A stretch of 64,000 nt of DNA from Terriglobia bacterium (GTDB lineage: Bacteria; Acidobacteriota; Terriglobia; JAJPHL01), in contig JAJPHL010000032.1 of NCBI GenBank assembly GCA_021325275.1, positions 165,082 to 229,081 of the forward strand, in the 5' to 3' direction. Below the pieces are notes generated by a model that did not search any database, was not told where the DNA came from, and worked only from the letters and a program-made list of their open reading frames with translations. A program made the position numbers and the translations under genes. Of this stretch, positions 8,368 to 17,638 are shown in pieces (positions within the stretch are counted from its first letter, which is position 1; the number at the start of each line of letters is the position of its first letter).

Positions 8368-9719
8368 AAAAGCGGATATTAATCGTCGACGACGAAAAAG
8401 GCATTCGGCAATCCTTGACGGGTGTCCTCGAAGACGAGGGCTACCAGGTGAAAGCCGTCGCCGGTGGGGACGCGTGTCTCGAACAGTTGGAGAGTGATCC
8501 TCCGCAACTCGTTCTGCTCGACGTTTGGCTCAAAGACCTCGATGGACTCGACGTGCTCGAGCGAATTCGCAAACGGCCGCTCGCTCCGCAGGTGGTGATG
8601 ATTTCCGGTCACGGCACGATTGAGACCGCTGTGAAAGCCACCAAACTCGGCGCGTTCGATTTTCTTGAGAAACCTCTTTCGATCGAGAAGACCCTGCTGG
8701 TGGTGAAAAACGCGCTGGCGCATCAGTCGCTCGCGGACGAAAACCTGCGACTGCGCGAACAGATCGCCTCGCGCTGCGTAATCATCGGAGAGAGCATTCC
8801 GATGAAGGCGCTGAGGCAGCAAATGGAGTTGATGGCGCCGACCAATGGGCGGGTTTTGATTTACGGAGAGAGCGGCACGGGCAAGGAACTGGTGGCGCGC
8901 GCCATCCACATGCAAAGTCCGCGCGCGGCGCAGCCGTTTGTGGAAGTGAACTGCGCGGCGATCCCCGAGGATTACATCGAAAGCGAATTGTTCGGGCACA
9001 TGAAGGGCTCGTTGCCCGGCGCGCAGGAAGACAAAGCCGGAAAATTCCAAAAGGCCGACTCCGGCACACTCTTCCTCGACGAAGTCGGCGACATGAGTTT
9101 GAAGACGCAAGCGAAAGTGCTCCGCGCGCTCGACGAGCAGCGCTTCGAACCCGTGGGGTCGCATACCAGCGTCACCATCGACGCGCGAATTATCGCCTCG
9201 ACGAACAAGAACCTCGACGAAGAAATCACGCGCGGCAATTTCCGCGAGGACTTGTTTTATCGCTTGAATGTCGTACCCTTCTACGTCCCGCCGCTGCGCG
9301 AGCGCCTGGAGGACATTCCGCTGTTGGCCGAGCATTTCACGCGCGAATTCAGCGAGTCGTACGGACGCCGGCCCAAGCAATTCGCACCCGAGGCGTTGGA
9401 AGCGCTGCGTCAATACTCCTGGCCGGGCAACGTGCGCGAGTTGCGAAATCTGGTGGAACGCATCGTGATCATGAATCCGCAGCAGCGGATCGAGCGAAAG
9501 AATATTCCCGCGCTGATTTCGCGGACGGCGTCGCGCGGAGCGGGCGGCTTCAGTTCGCTGCAAGAAGCGCGTGCCGCGTACGAGCGCGATTTCATCATCA
9601 AGAAACTGGAAGAGTGCGGAGGTAACGTAAGCCGCGCCGCCGAAGCACTGGGACTCGAACGCAGCCATCTCTACCGCAAGATGAGGTCGCTCGGTCTACC
9701 GTCGAGAGAACAGGGATGA
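8364..9719 (+). CDS. ntrX: NtrX-like NtrC-family response regulator (REC + AAA+ + HTH) with a degenerate GAFTGA motif
   Basis: REC domain, Walker A (GESGTGKELVARAIH), and a C-terminal HTH. The region that would carry ESELFGHEKGAFTGA instead reads ESELFGHMKGSLPGA. Confidence 0.75.
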   Translation: MKKRILIVDDEKGIRQSLTGVLEDEGYQVKAVAGGDACLEQLESDPPQLVLLDVWLKDLDGLDVLERIRKRPLAPQVVMISGHGTIETAVKATKLGAFDFLEKPLSIEKTLLVVKNALAHQSLADENLRLREQIASRCVIIGESIPMKALRQQMELMAPTNGRVLIYGESGTGKELVARAIHMQSPRAAQPFVEVNCAAIPEDYIESELFGHMKGSLPGAQEDKAGKFQKADSGTLFLDEVGDMSLKTQAKVLRALDEQRFEPVGSHTSVTIDARIIASTNKNLDEEITRGNFREDLFYRLNVVPFYVPPLRERLEDIPLLAEHFTREFSESYGRRPKQFAPEALEALRQYSWPGNVRELRNLVERIVIMNPQQRIERKNIPALISRTASRGAGGFSSLQEARAAYERDFIIKKLEECGGNVSRAAEALGLERSHLYRKMRSLGLPSREQG

Positions 9720-11425
9720 ACGCCGCCGCTCTTTTACCGCAGCTTTTTCCCAAACCCGCGCGCCCGCCCGTGGGCCTGCTCGAACAGCGCCAGGGACTCT
9801 ATTGGCTCATCCGCGTGCGTTTGGCCGTCATTAGTTTCATGCTGGTTGTCCAGCTCGTGGTGTGGCAATTCCCGCCGCCACAAACCGTTTCCGACGCATT
9901 CAATCCCAAAACATTCATCTTCACGATCGTGCTGTGGTACGTGCTCACGCTGCTCTTCGCGATTCTTCTGCGCGTGTGGCCGGACTACGTGACGCAATCG
10001 TACTTGCAGGTGTTGTGCGACGCCTGCATTCTCACGGGCGTGGTCTATCTGACGGGCGGCCCGGAAAGCTATTTCATTTTTCTCTTTCCGTTGATCGTCG
10101 TGGCGTCGGGCGTGTCGTTGCCGCGTCCTGGGCCTTATCTGGTGGCGAGTCTTAGCTTCATTATTCTCGGATCGGTGCTCGATCTCGGACTGTATGGAAA
10201 GATTCCGGCGACATGGGCGATGAAGTTCGACGATCCCATCGAATTGCAGCAGCGCATCCAGCGCGTGCAAACGTCGATTTTTACGAATTTGTTCGGCTTC
10301 ATGACCGTCGCGTACCTATCGAGCACACTCGCGGACAGCTTGCGCCGCACCGCGAGCCAGCTCACGCAAACCTCCGGCGCGCTCGACAACTTGCAGGCGT
10401 TCAACCAAAACGTACTCGACTCCATCGCCGCCGGCGTGTTGACCATCGATATGGCCGGGCGCGTGCAACTGCTGAATCATGCCGGCGAAACGATTCTCGG
10501 CCAGCCACTTTCGAGTTTGAGCTCGCGACGCATCGAAGAAGCGCTGCCGGAAGTGGCCGCGGTGAGCGCGTCGCCGCCCGGCGGCGAGGTGCGATTGCGC
10601 ACGCCGGCCGGCGTGGAACGCACGCTGGGAATTACGGTGTCGCCGCTGGCCTCGACCGAAGGCGGGCCGGCCGGCAGCGTCTATGTGATCCAGGATTTGA
10701 CCGAATTGAAGCGCATGGAGCGCGACATGCGCTTGCAAGACCGCATGGCCGCGCTGGGGCGCATGGCAGGCGCGATTGCGCACGAAATCCGCAATCCGCT
10801 GAGCGCCATCGCGGGATCGGCGAAGGTTTTCTCTATTACCAGCGATCTCTCTGAAGACCAACAACGCTTGGTCGACATTGTTCGCAAGGAGTCCGAGCGC
10901 CTCGACCGCACGCTCGCCGAGTTCCTGAGCTTTTCGCGCGAGCGCAAATACGAGTTTTCTTCCACCGACATTGTGGCGCTGCTGGAAGACACGATCACGC
11001 TGATCCGCCATCGTCCCTCGACGGAACACTGGCGCATCACCGCCGAGTTTCCCAAGACGCCGCTCGTGGTAGCGGCCGACATCGACGCGATCAAGCAAGT
11101 TTTCTGGAATCTTTGCGACAACGCGCTAAAAGCGATGCCCGAGGGCGGTACGTTGTCGCTGCGCGCGGCGCGTGCCGGGGCCAACGCGCTAATCGAATTT
11201 CGCGACACGGGCGTGGGAATCACGCCGGGGCAACTGGAAAAAATCTTCGAACCATATCAGTCGGGATTTTCCAAAGGATCGGGCTTGGGCCTCGCGATTG
11301 TGTACGAAATTGTCGCCGCGCATCAGGGGCGCATCACCGCGCAGAGCACGTCGGGCGCGCCGGGACAAGCGTCGGGCACGTTGTTTCGTTTGTTGTTGCC
11401 GTTGGCGCCGGATCGCGCGAGCTAG
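9716..11425 (+). CDS. Sensor histidine kinase with polytopic N-terminal membrane domain, PAS, HisKA and HATPase
   Basis: About 6 N-terminal TM helices, a PAS region, an H-box (AHEIRNPLSAIAGS), and an ATPase region (NLCDNALKAM, DTGVGI, GSGLGLAI). ATGA overlap with ntrX. Confidence 0.75.
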   Translation: MNAAALLPQLFPKPARPPVGLLEQRQGLYWLIRVRLAVISFMLVVQLVVWQFPPPQTVSDAFNPKTFIFTIVLWYVLTLLFAILLRVWPDYVTQSYLQVLCDACILTGVVYLTGGPESYFIFLFPLIVVASGVSLPRPGPYLVASLSFIILGSVLDLGLYGKIPATWAMKFDDPIELQQRIQRVQTSIFTNLFGFMTVAYLSSTLADSLRRTASQLTQTSGALDNLQAFNQNVLDSIAAGVLTIDMAGRVQLLNHAGETILGQPLSSLSSRRIEEALPEVAAVSASPPGGEVRLRTPAGVERTLGITVSPLASTEGGPAGSVYVIQDLTELKRMERDMRLQDRMAALGRMAGAIAHEIRNPLSAIAGSAKVFSITSDLSEDQQRLVDIVRKESERLDRTLAEFLSFSRERKYEFSSTDIVALLEDTITLIRHRPSTEHWRITAEFPKTPLVVAADIDAIKQVFWNLCDNALKAMPEGGTLSLRAARAGANALIEFRDTGVGITPGQLEKIFEPYQSGFSKGSGLGLAIVYEIVAAHQGRITAQSTSGAPGQASGTLFRLLLPLAPDRAS

Positions 11426-11430
11426 TCGGG

Positions 11431-13164
11431 TTATTTCTTGCAGCCCGGCACAGCGAACGAACCGATCCGCGTCGTGGATGTCGTTGCGCCGGTCTTCAGG
11501 TAATTTCCCGTAAACCAGAATGTGCAGTCGTCGGAAGGATCAACGGCGATGTTGGTGTAATCCTCCCAGCGCAAACTCCCCGTCTGTGACGCCTGACCTT
11601 CCGCCAGCACCGACTCGTGGAAAGTGAGTTGCCCCTTCGGATCGCCGGCGAGCCGCGCCGCCACGCGCTGACCCGGAGAGTCCGCATCGCTTCCGAAGGA
11701 ATATCCCAGGGCAATATTGCCGCGACGATCCATGGCCATGCTGCCCAGCCAGCGATACGCTGGTCGATTCGGGGCGTCGGGCGCGTAGGTTCCCTGCTGG
11801 AACAACGCGGGATCGCGGCCGTGATTGAGGTGAAATTCATACCAACGGATACCGCCCGCGTGCGCGGCCGTGGCGACGGAATGCTCAGCGAGAATCGCTT
11901 CGTGATCGCCGAAATTCCGGTAGACCAATCGCTCGATCAGCTTGTCGCCCTGCGAATCAAGACGTCGCGCCGTGCCGGGTTGCGGCACGCAGTTGCTCAA
12001 CTGTCCGTCGCATAAGTAGTGATACGGCGCCACGGCGATTTTCTCGGGTGGCGAGACGGTGGTCTTCGACGCGTCCTTCCAATCGACGTGCATTCGATAG
12101 AAATAGATCCCGTCGTCCTCGAAGTTCTTCAGCAGTTGCGTGCCGCCGGTGGACATCATGATGTTGGGCGCGCCCTTCGGCGGCGGGCGTCGGCCGTCCA
12201 CGTCCGCGTTCAGCAAGAAAACCGCGCCGTCGATCACGATGCATTGTTCGGTGGCCGGCTGACCTTTGAGCATTCGCGCGCGATCCGCGACGCAAGCGTG
12301 TTTCTGCGTGACGATCTCCGGCAGCATGTTGTCGCTGGTGCTGGTGGGATTGTAGTAGCCGTCCGGCCACACCGCGGGACGCGGATAGTCGGGAAAAAGC
12401 TGACGCTCGAATTCGTAGCGATAGTATTTTCCGAGCGGATCGGGCGTCGCACTCACCGCGTAGCACATCGCATACGGAGCCCCGGGACCTTCGCGGCGCG
12501 CGAATACCGGAAGCACAAACAGCCAGCGGTCCGCGAGTTGATCGTAGCGGACAACCGTATCGCTGTTGTTGGTCGCGTTGCAGCGCTCGCCCATTCCGGT
12601 GAAGACCGTGTTGTTGGGAACGGGTCCATAGAGCAATCGGCCGGTGGAATCGTACTTCTTGCCTTTCTTCGTGAACACGGCCATGTTGCCGTTGAGAATT
12701 TCAAAAATATGATCGGGGCCGACGGCGAGACTAATGTCAATGCCGCCGCGACCCGGCCGAGCTTCGGATTTTTCCGAGCCAGGAAAAGAGCGGCCGGAAA
12801 ATCCTTCGCCCAGGCCGTCGAAACTCGCCACCAGTTCGATGGCGGGCCGTGTTCCTTGCGATGTTTGCTCCACGGCCGCGCCGGCCGAGCCGATTTCGGG
12901 CGCCGGAGGGGCCGCCGGAATCGGTGCAGTTGTAGCTCCGGATCGTCCGCCCGTTCCTCCGCGTGCCCCCGTCCGCCCGGTGAATCCGCCGCGACCTGCC
13001 GGAGGCGGCGCCGGCGGAGTCGCGCCGAGTCCCGCGCCCGGACCTTCGATCGCGCCCGCTCGCACCGGCACGCTCTCCACGGCCGCGTGAATCGTCACCG
13101 GCTTGTTGGGAATGAATTGCGCGGCTGCAGTCGCCATGAACACCAGAGAAATCGCGTACTTCAT
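11431..13164 (-). CDS. Secreted hypothetical protein with Gly/Pro/Ala-rich low-complexity linker
   Basis: Signal peptide (MKYAISLVFMATAAAQ) and no recognised catalytic motif. Divergent from the 13189 gene with only 24 bp between start codons. Confidence 0.55.
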   Translation of the reverse strand: MKYAISLVFMATAAAQFIPNKPVTIHAAVESVPVRAGAIEGPGAGLGATPPAPPPAGRGGFTGRTGARGGTGGRSGATTAPIPAAPPAPEIGSAGAAVEQTSQGTRPAIELVASFDGLGEGFSGRSFPGSEKSEARPGRGGIDISLAVGPDHIFEILNGNMAVFTKKGKKYDSTGRLLYGPVPNNTVFTGMGERCNATNNSDTVVRYDQLADRWLFVLPVFARREGPGAPYAMCYAVSATPDPLGKYYRYEFERQLFPDYPRPAVWPDGYYNPTSTSDNMLPEIVTQKHACVADRARMLKGQPATEQCIVIDGAVFLLNADVDGRRPPPKGAPNIMMSTGGTQLLKNFEDDGIYFYRMHVDWKDASKTTVSPPEKIAVAPYHYLCDGQLSNCVPQPGTARRLDSQGDKLIERLVYRNFGDHEAILAEHSVATAAHAGGIRWYEFHLNHGRDPALFQQGTYAPDAPNRPAYRWLGSMAMDRRGNIALGYSFGSDADSPGQRVAARLAGDPKGQLTFHESVLAEGQASQTGSLRWEDYTNIAVDPSDDCTFWFTGNYLKTGATTSTTRIGSFAVPGCKK

Positions 13165-13165
13165 A

Positions 13166-13190
13166 ATCGTGTGCTACCTTAGCACACGAT
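13166..13190. promoter_or_regulatory. Perfect 11-bp inverted repeat (ATCGTGTGCTA-CCT-TAGCACACGAT) filling the 24-bp gap between two divergent start codons
   Basis: Read directly from the sequence. Both genes have TAGCACACGAT immediately before their ATG. Confidence 0.6.
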
Positions 13191-14964
13191 GAAGCCCATC
13201 ACTTGTTTCTTCGCTTTGCTCCTGGGACTCGCGGCCGGCGCGCAGGGCCGCCAGGGGCCGGGCCACTCGATCGGGAAGGTTACAACCAACGGCGACCTGA
13301 TTGTCGTGACGCTCGACAAAGACGTTCTCGGCAAGGCCAACATGTTCGACTTGACCGGCCGCACACTGCGCTTCACTCCCGATGGGGCGGGATACCGCGT
13401 CGAAAACTCGGCGCTCGCGTGGGATCCGGAGTTCGGCGCGGAAATGAGCTCACCTCAAGTCCATCTTTCCAAGTTTGCATTTCCGTTTTCCGGCAAACAA
13501 TGGGACACGTTCTCCGTGGGAGTGACAGGCTCCATCGCTTTCGGTGAGATGTCTGGTAGCGGACGGGGCCGCGGAGCTTTGTTTGGCCGGGGCGGCGGCG
13601 TAACGATCGAACGTTTCGCGCAGCTTCAAGAAGCTGGACGCGCTCTTCTGAATGGCACGCCGGCAATCTGCGTCTTTTTCAAACTACGCATGTCTGGAAC
13701 GCGCTACTTGAAAGAGCTGGACGATCGCATCGTGCTCACCTGGAATGTGACCGAGCCCGTCGGCAACATTCAGGATTTCACCTGGACGCCAACCGAGAAT
13801 CGTTTCCAAACGGTTTTGCGGAAGGACGGCAGTATCGAGATGTCGTATCAAACCGTCGCAGCGAAGGACGCCATCGTCGGCGTCTATCCGTCCATCGGCG
13901 ACGAAAAGGTTAAGTCGGCCACGGCGGAGTTGCATTTCTCTTCAGTGAAACCGCAAGATGGTCCTTTCGCCGCGCCTTTTGAAACATTCCACTACTTGAA
14001 GCTGCCGAGTTCTCGCGACCTCGCATGCACGGTGATTCAAGCGCTGGGAGACAAATTCGATCTGCTGGCGTATTACTCCGATTTTCGCGTGGACAATCAG
14101 GAAGCCGGCACGCCGAGCAACGGTCCGCTCGGCGGCGGTCCTGATGGCGGCGCGGTCACCGGGATCCACGCGAATCAACGAGGCCTAGAAAATTACTGCA
14201 CGAAGGGGCGATTCCAGTGGTCATTCATTCAACCGGTTTACGTGGGATCGAATCAGATGCAAGAGCGGCCGCCCGATGGGGTCACCGACACCAACACGCA
14301 TAACATCGCGACGTATGCGCATCAACTCGGCGAGCGGACGCCCGACGGAAAGATTCCTGCGTACGATTACGCGATGTCGCAAATCGGCCACGAGATGGGA
14401 CATCGCTGGTCGGCGTTTGTGTCCGCGAGAGTGAATGGCGAAATCATTCCGCTTGGTCCGACGCACTGGGCGCGCGGCTTGCAGGCGCCCGCGGCGTTCC
14501 CCTATCAGCGTCCCACCGAAGCGTCGGCGATGGGCGGCGGCGTGTGGCAAGACAACTTCGACGGCACATTCACGCAACTCGACGACGACTATTACGTACC
14601 CGCGACCGGATACTCGTTTCTGGATCTTTACTTGATGGGCTTGATCGCGCCATCGGAGGTGCCCGACTTTTTCATTCTGAGAAATCTGGTACCCGCGGGT
14701 CAAGACCGCAATGGTCATCCGATCTTCAAGGCGGATCGCACCAAAGTGACGATTGAAGACGTGATCGCCGTGGAGGGTCCGCGGCAACCCGACGTCGATC
14801 ACGCGCAGAAGAAATTCAACACCGGAATGGTGATGATCGTGGAGCACGGAACGAAGCCAAGCAAGGAATTGATCGAGCGCGCCAACGGTATCCGCGAGCG
14901 GTGGATCGACTACTGGGAAACGGTCACCGGCCATCGGTCGAGCATGACGTCGACGGTACGATAG
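13189..14964 (+). CDS. Secreted putative zinc metalloprotease (HExxH)
   Basis: Signal peptide MKPITCFFALLLGLAAGAQG. HEMGH zincin motif (IGHEMGHRWSAF) at ~aa 400. Confidence 0.55.
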   Translation: MKPITCFFALLLGLAAGAQGRQGPGHSIGKVTTNGDLIVVTLDKDVLGKANMFDLTGRTLRFTPDGAGYRVENSALAWDPEFGAEMSSPQVHLSKFAFPFSGKQWDTFSVGVTGSIAFGEMSGSGRGRGALFGRGGGVTIERFAQLQEAGRALLNGTPAICVFFKLRMSGTRYLKELDDRIVLTWNVTEPVGNIQDFTWTPTENRFQTVLRKDGSIEMSYQTVAAKDAIVGVYPSIGDEKVKSATAELHFSSVKPQDGPFAAPFETFHYLKLPSSRDLACTVIQALGDKFDLLAYYSDFRVDNQEAGTPSNGPLGGGPDGGAVTGIHANQRGLENYCTKGRFQWSFIQPVYVGSNQMQERPPDGVTDTNTHNIATYAHQLGERTPDGKIPAYDYAMSQIGHEMGHRWSAFVSARVNGEIIPLGPTHWARGLQAPAAFPYQRPTEASAMGGGVWQDNFDGTFTQLDDDYYVPATGYSFLDLYLMGLIAPSEVPDFFILRNLVPAGQDRNGHPIFKADRTKVTIEDVIAVEGPRQPDVDHAQKKFNTGMVMIVEHGTKPSKELIERANGIRERWIDYWETVTGHRSSMTSTVR

Positions 14965-15142
14965 TGATGCAGTTTCAAAGTGGCGCGATGGCATTATCTG
15001 GCGATGGCAAAGACGGGAGTATTCCCAAGAAACCTAAAGCAGTGTCCAGATACGAGGTGCGAGAGCACCGTCAACCCGTCTCCCGGGATTTAGCCAAACC
15101 AGCGTTCCACATAGTTGAGACCAATACGCCTAGCAGTTCGGT

Positions 15143-15574
15143 CTACTTTGGCTCTGGCGGCAGGACTGCTAGGGCATGTTCGATTTCAGCCTGAGTGAGC
15201 AGCCTGGACTGACGGACTACTTCTCTAGCCTTGTGAAGGTATTTCACTGGCAAGAGACCCTTATTCTGAATGGCTCCCATCTCAAACGATTCGCGCAATA
15301 CACTGACGAGGAGGCGTTCAAGGGTGAAGCATTGAATGATACTCTCGGCTGGCAAGCAGCCAACGGCGTGCTGCGGAATACGGACGACTTCGCCTTTGTG
15401 TGTATCCATCTTCAAATACTTCAATTGAGATGAAATAAGGAACGCTAGTACTTCCGAACCGCCCGATCGCCCTAGGATCAAGACGTATTTATTCTTCTTC
15501 GGGTGACTCCGCGTAGAGAATTCCTCGATGTGAAGGACCGAGCATTGGCGGAGATCAATCTCATCTTGCGGCAT
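15143..15574 (-). CDS. Hypothetical protein (143 aa), putative toxin partner of the Panacea-domain protein; no recognisable family
   Basis: It is the longest ORF in a ~50% GC islet and overlaps the 3' end of the upstream Panacea gene by 14 nt on the same strand. An alternative internal start (MDTHKG...) would give ~88 aa. A competing 85-aa plus-strand ORF (15176..15433) overlaps it antisense. Confidence 0.4.
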   Translation of the reverse strand: MPQDEIDLRQCSVLHIEEFSTRSHPKKNKYVLILGRSGGSEVLAFLISSQLKYLKMDTHKGEVVRIPQHAVGCLPAESIIQCFTLERLLVSVLRESFEMGAIQNKGLLPVKYLHKAREVVRQSRLLTQAEIEHALAVLPPEPK

Positions 15575-16109
15575 ATGGTCGGAGGAGATCGCGGGACTCT
15601 TGCTCGGATTCTGCCAACTCCTTCACCGCCTCGGCGCCTTTCACTCCCTCGAAGAACAATGCATAGTCGATTGGCCCCATCTCATCCGTGCAGGACGGCT
15701 CATCGTGAGCCATTTGCCTGAGGCGAGTGGCGGACACTCGACCGTACTTCTCAATAACCCAATTCAAGACCTCCAGGTCGGACTTTGAGAAAACCTTCCG
15801 ATTGGCTTGTTGCTTCAGTTGCACCGAATTACCGTTCACAGAGACGAACCTCTGAAGAAGTGCGTTCTCGTGAGGAGCGGCCTTCGACCGGAGCATGTTT
15901 AGCCCTCGGGTCGGAATCTGGCCGTGCTCCAGCCTCCAATAGTGGTCTCCGGTTATTGGGCGGCCATAGCGCACCAAGTGCTGCTTGTCTGCAAAATACA
16001 GTTGTTTGCAGATTGTCAGCTTGGTGCTATGTGGGCACTGTTCAGACAGATACGCTACTGCATTGGCGAATTTCTCAGCGCTGAACTTAAAACGTAGCTT
16101 CTTTGCCAT
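15561..16109 (-). CDS. Panacea-domain (DUF4065, SocA/PanA-like) antitoxin-type protein
   Basis: KLTICKQLYFADKQHLVRYGRPITGDHYWRLEHGQIPTRGL matches the Panacea/SocA core (KLxKLLYxAD..H...G.P..GD.Y.A...GPV). Start ATG at 16109 is preceded by GGGGG. The ORF-track start at 16232 is upstream of this and lacks an RBS. Confidence 0.7.
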   Translation of the reverse strand: MAKKLRFKFSAEKFANAVAYLSEQCPHSTKLTICKQLYFADKQHLVRYGRPITGDHYWRLEHGQIPTRGLNMLRSKAAPHENALLQRFVSVNGNSVQLKQQANRKVFSKSDLEVLNWVIEKYGRVSATRLRQMAHDEPSCTDEMGPIDYALFFEGVKGAEAVKELAESEQESRDLLRPYAAR

Positions 16110-16169
16110 ATTTTCGCCCCCTAGGGATACTGTATCATCAGAGGTCGATATAGACAAGATCTGTTTTTC

Positions 16170-16194
16170 GTTGCACACTTCCAGTGTGCAACGA
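16170..16194. promoter_or_regulatory. Perfect 10-bp inverted repeat CGTTGCACAC-TTCCA-GTGTGCAACG, ~60 bp upstream of the Panacea gene start; putative operator
   Basis: Read from the sequence. It lies between an AT-rich putative promoter (TATATA) and the RBS of the Panacea gene. Confidence 0.5.
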
Positions 16195-16462
16195 ATGCGG
16201 AATAAAATCAAGCGGAGCAGGTTGGCTTGCAACGCGCGCGACTCCTGTATATAATCGCGAGTAGTTCCTGTTTTTTCTGGAACAGACGTGAGGGATCACG
16301 AAGCCATGAGGATACTGGACTTCCGAAGTCTCCTGCAGGGCAGCCGAGCCTGCTCGGTTCCCTGCTGTGGTTACGCCCTTCCCGCGTCTGCCCGTCTGGT
16401 TCTCCATTCTTTCATTGCCAACTCACGCCGCGCCCGTGTGGAGGTGCGTCTTCCCTAGCGCC

Positions 16463-16984
16463 ATGGACCATCCACTTCAATGGCCGGTGCTGGTCTTAAA
16501 CGCCACCTATGAGCCGATCCATGTCACGGCGGCGCGGCGCGCGATTGTGCTCGTGCTGAAGGGTGTCGCGCAGACCGAAGAGCACTCTCGCGCGCAACTG
16601 CATTCCGCGCACCAGCAACTGCCGGTTCCCTCGGTGATCCGGCTGCTCGAGTACCGGCGCATTCCGTATCAGACGCGGGCGCTGTCGCGAAAGAACATTT
16701 TGATGCGCGATCGCAACACGTGCCAGTATTGCTCGAAGGTGATGCCGGCCGGCGAGCTGACGCTCGACCACATCATTCCGCGCTCGCGCGGGGGCGATTC
16801 CTCGTGGGAGAATCTGGTGACGTGCTGCCATCATTGCAACAATCGCAAGGGCAATTGCTTGCCGCACGAAGCGCACATGCATTTGACGCGTCCGCCGCGT
16901 CCGTTCAGCCTGCACACCTCGCGGCAGCTCATGCGCTTGATGGGACGCGGCGAAGAAGCGTGGCGGAAATATCTTTTCTTTTAG
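16463..16984 (+). CDS. HNH endonuclease family protein
   Basis: [10 protein letters not shown]...[16 protein letters not shown], an HNH motif with a zinc-binding CxxC pair. The conserved N-terminal [10 protein letters not shown] segment places the start at 16463 rather than the ORF-track start. Confidence 0.75.
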   Translation: MDHPLQWPVLVLNATYEPIHVTAARRAIVLVLKGVAQTEEHSRAQLHSAHQQLPVPSVIRLLEYRRIPYQTRALSRKNILMRDRNTCQYCSKVMPAGELTLDHIIPRSRGGDSSWENLVTCCHHCNNRKGNCLPHEAHMHLTRPPRPFSLHTSRQLMRLMGRGEEAWRKYLFF

Positions 16985-17000
16985 TTTCCCGGCGCCTCCT

Positions 17001-17522
17001 ATGAAATCCGTCGCGATTCTCTTGGTGGGCGCCTGGCTCACCGGATCCATTCTGATGGCCGTGGTGGCGACACAGAATTTCGCCACTGTCGATCGCATGC
17101 TCACGCAGCCGACGCCACAGGCCGCCGCGCCGCTGGTCTCGCTGCCGCACGATTCCATGCGGATGCTGCTGCGTCACCTATCCTCGGAACTGAATCGCCT
17201 GTACTTTGTGGTGTGGGGTTTCGCGCAGATTATCCTGGGCGTTGGGGTGATGCTCTTGTTGCTGCTGGCCTCGCGGCGCGTCGACGCCTGCATCGCGGCG
17301 GTGATGCTGGTAATCGCCAACCTGCAATTGGTGCTGTTGACTCCGCGCATCACCGACCTGGGACGCGCGCTCGATTTCGTGCCGCGAAATCCCGTGCCGC
17401 CCTCGGCCGCTGCGCAGTTGACGGAGTTTTGGCGCTTGCATACATTGTTTTCCGGATCCGATTTGCTCCTCATGGCCCTAGGATTGGTCCTCGCTTGGCG
17501 GCTCTGTTTGTCGAAGCCATAG
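17001..17522 (+). CDS. Hypothetical membrane protein (4 TM)
   Basis: Hydrophobic helices. No recognised motif. Confidence 0.5.
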   Translation: MKSVAILLVGAWLTGSILMAVVATQNFATVDRMLTQPTPQAAAPLVSLPHDSMRMLLRHLSSELNRLYFVVWGFAQIILGVGVMLLLLLASRRVDACIAAVMLVIANLQLVLLTPRITDLGRALDFVPRNPVPPSAAAQLTEFWRLHTLFSGSDLLLMALGLVLAWRLCLSKP

Positions 17523-17638
17523 CCGTTTGTAAATTGTTCCAGGCCGATACAACAATTGGGTTGACACGGCTTTCGGAAACGTTTACATTCGGCTCAAGCC
17601 GTGCCTACGGGTGAAGACGCGGCTGCCAAGGGGGGTCG

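Noticed and set aside
15176-15433. 85-aa plus-strand ORF inside the low-GC islet, antisense to the 143-aa candidate toxin ORF.
   Set aside because: It is shorter and has no RBS. It is not operon-coupled to the Panacea gene, whereas the minus ORF overlaps the Panacea 3' end. It is kept only as a caveat because the strand assignment is not proven.
16496-17158. 220-aa minus ORF overlapping the HNH endonuclease and the membrane protein gene.
   Set aside because: It is antisense to two genes with clear motifs and signal or TM features, and its product is low-complexity.
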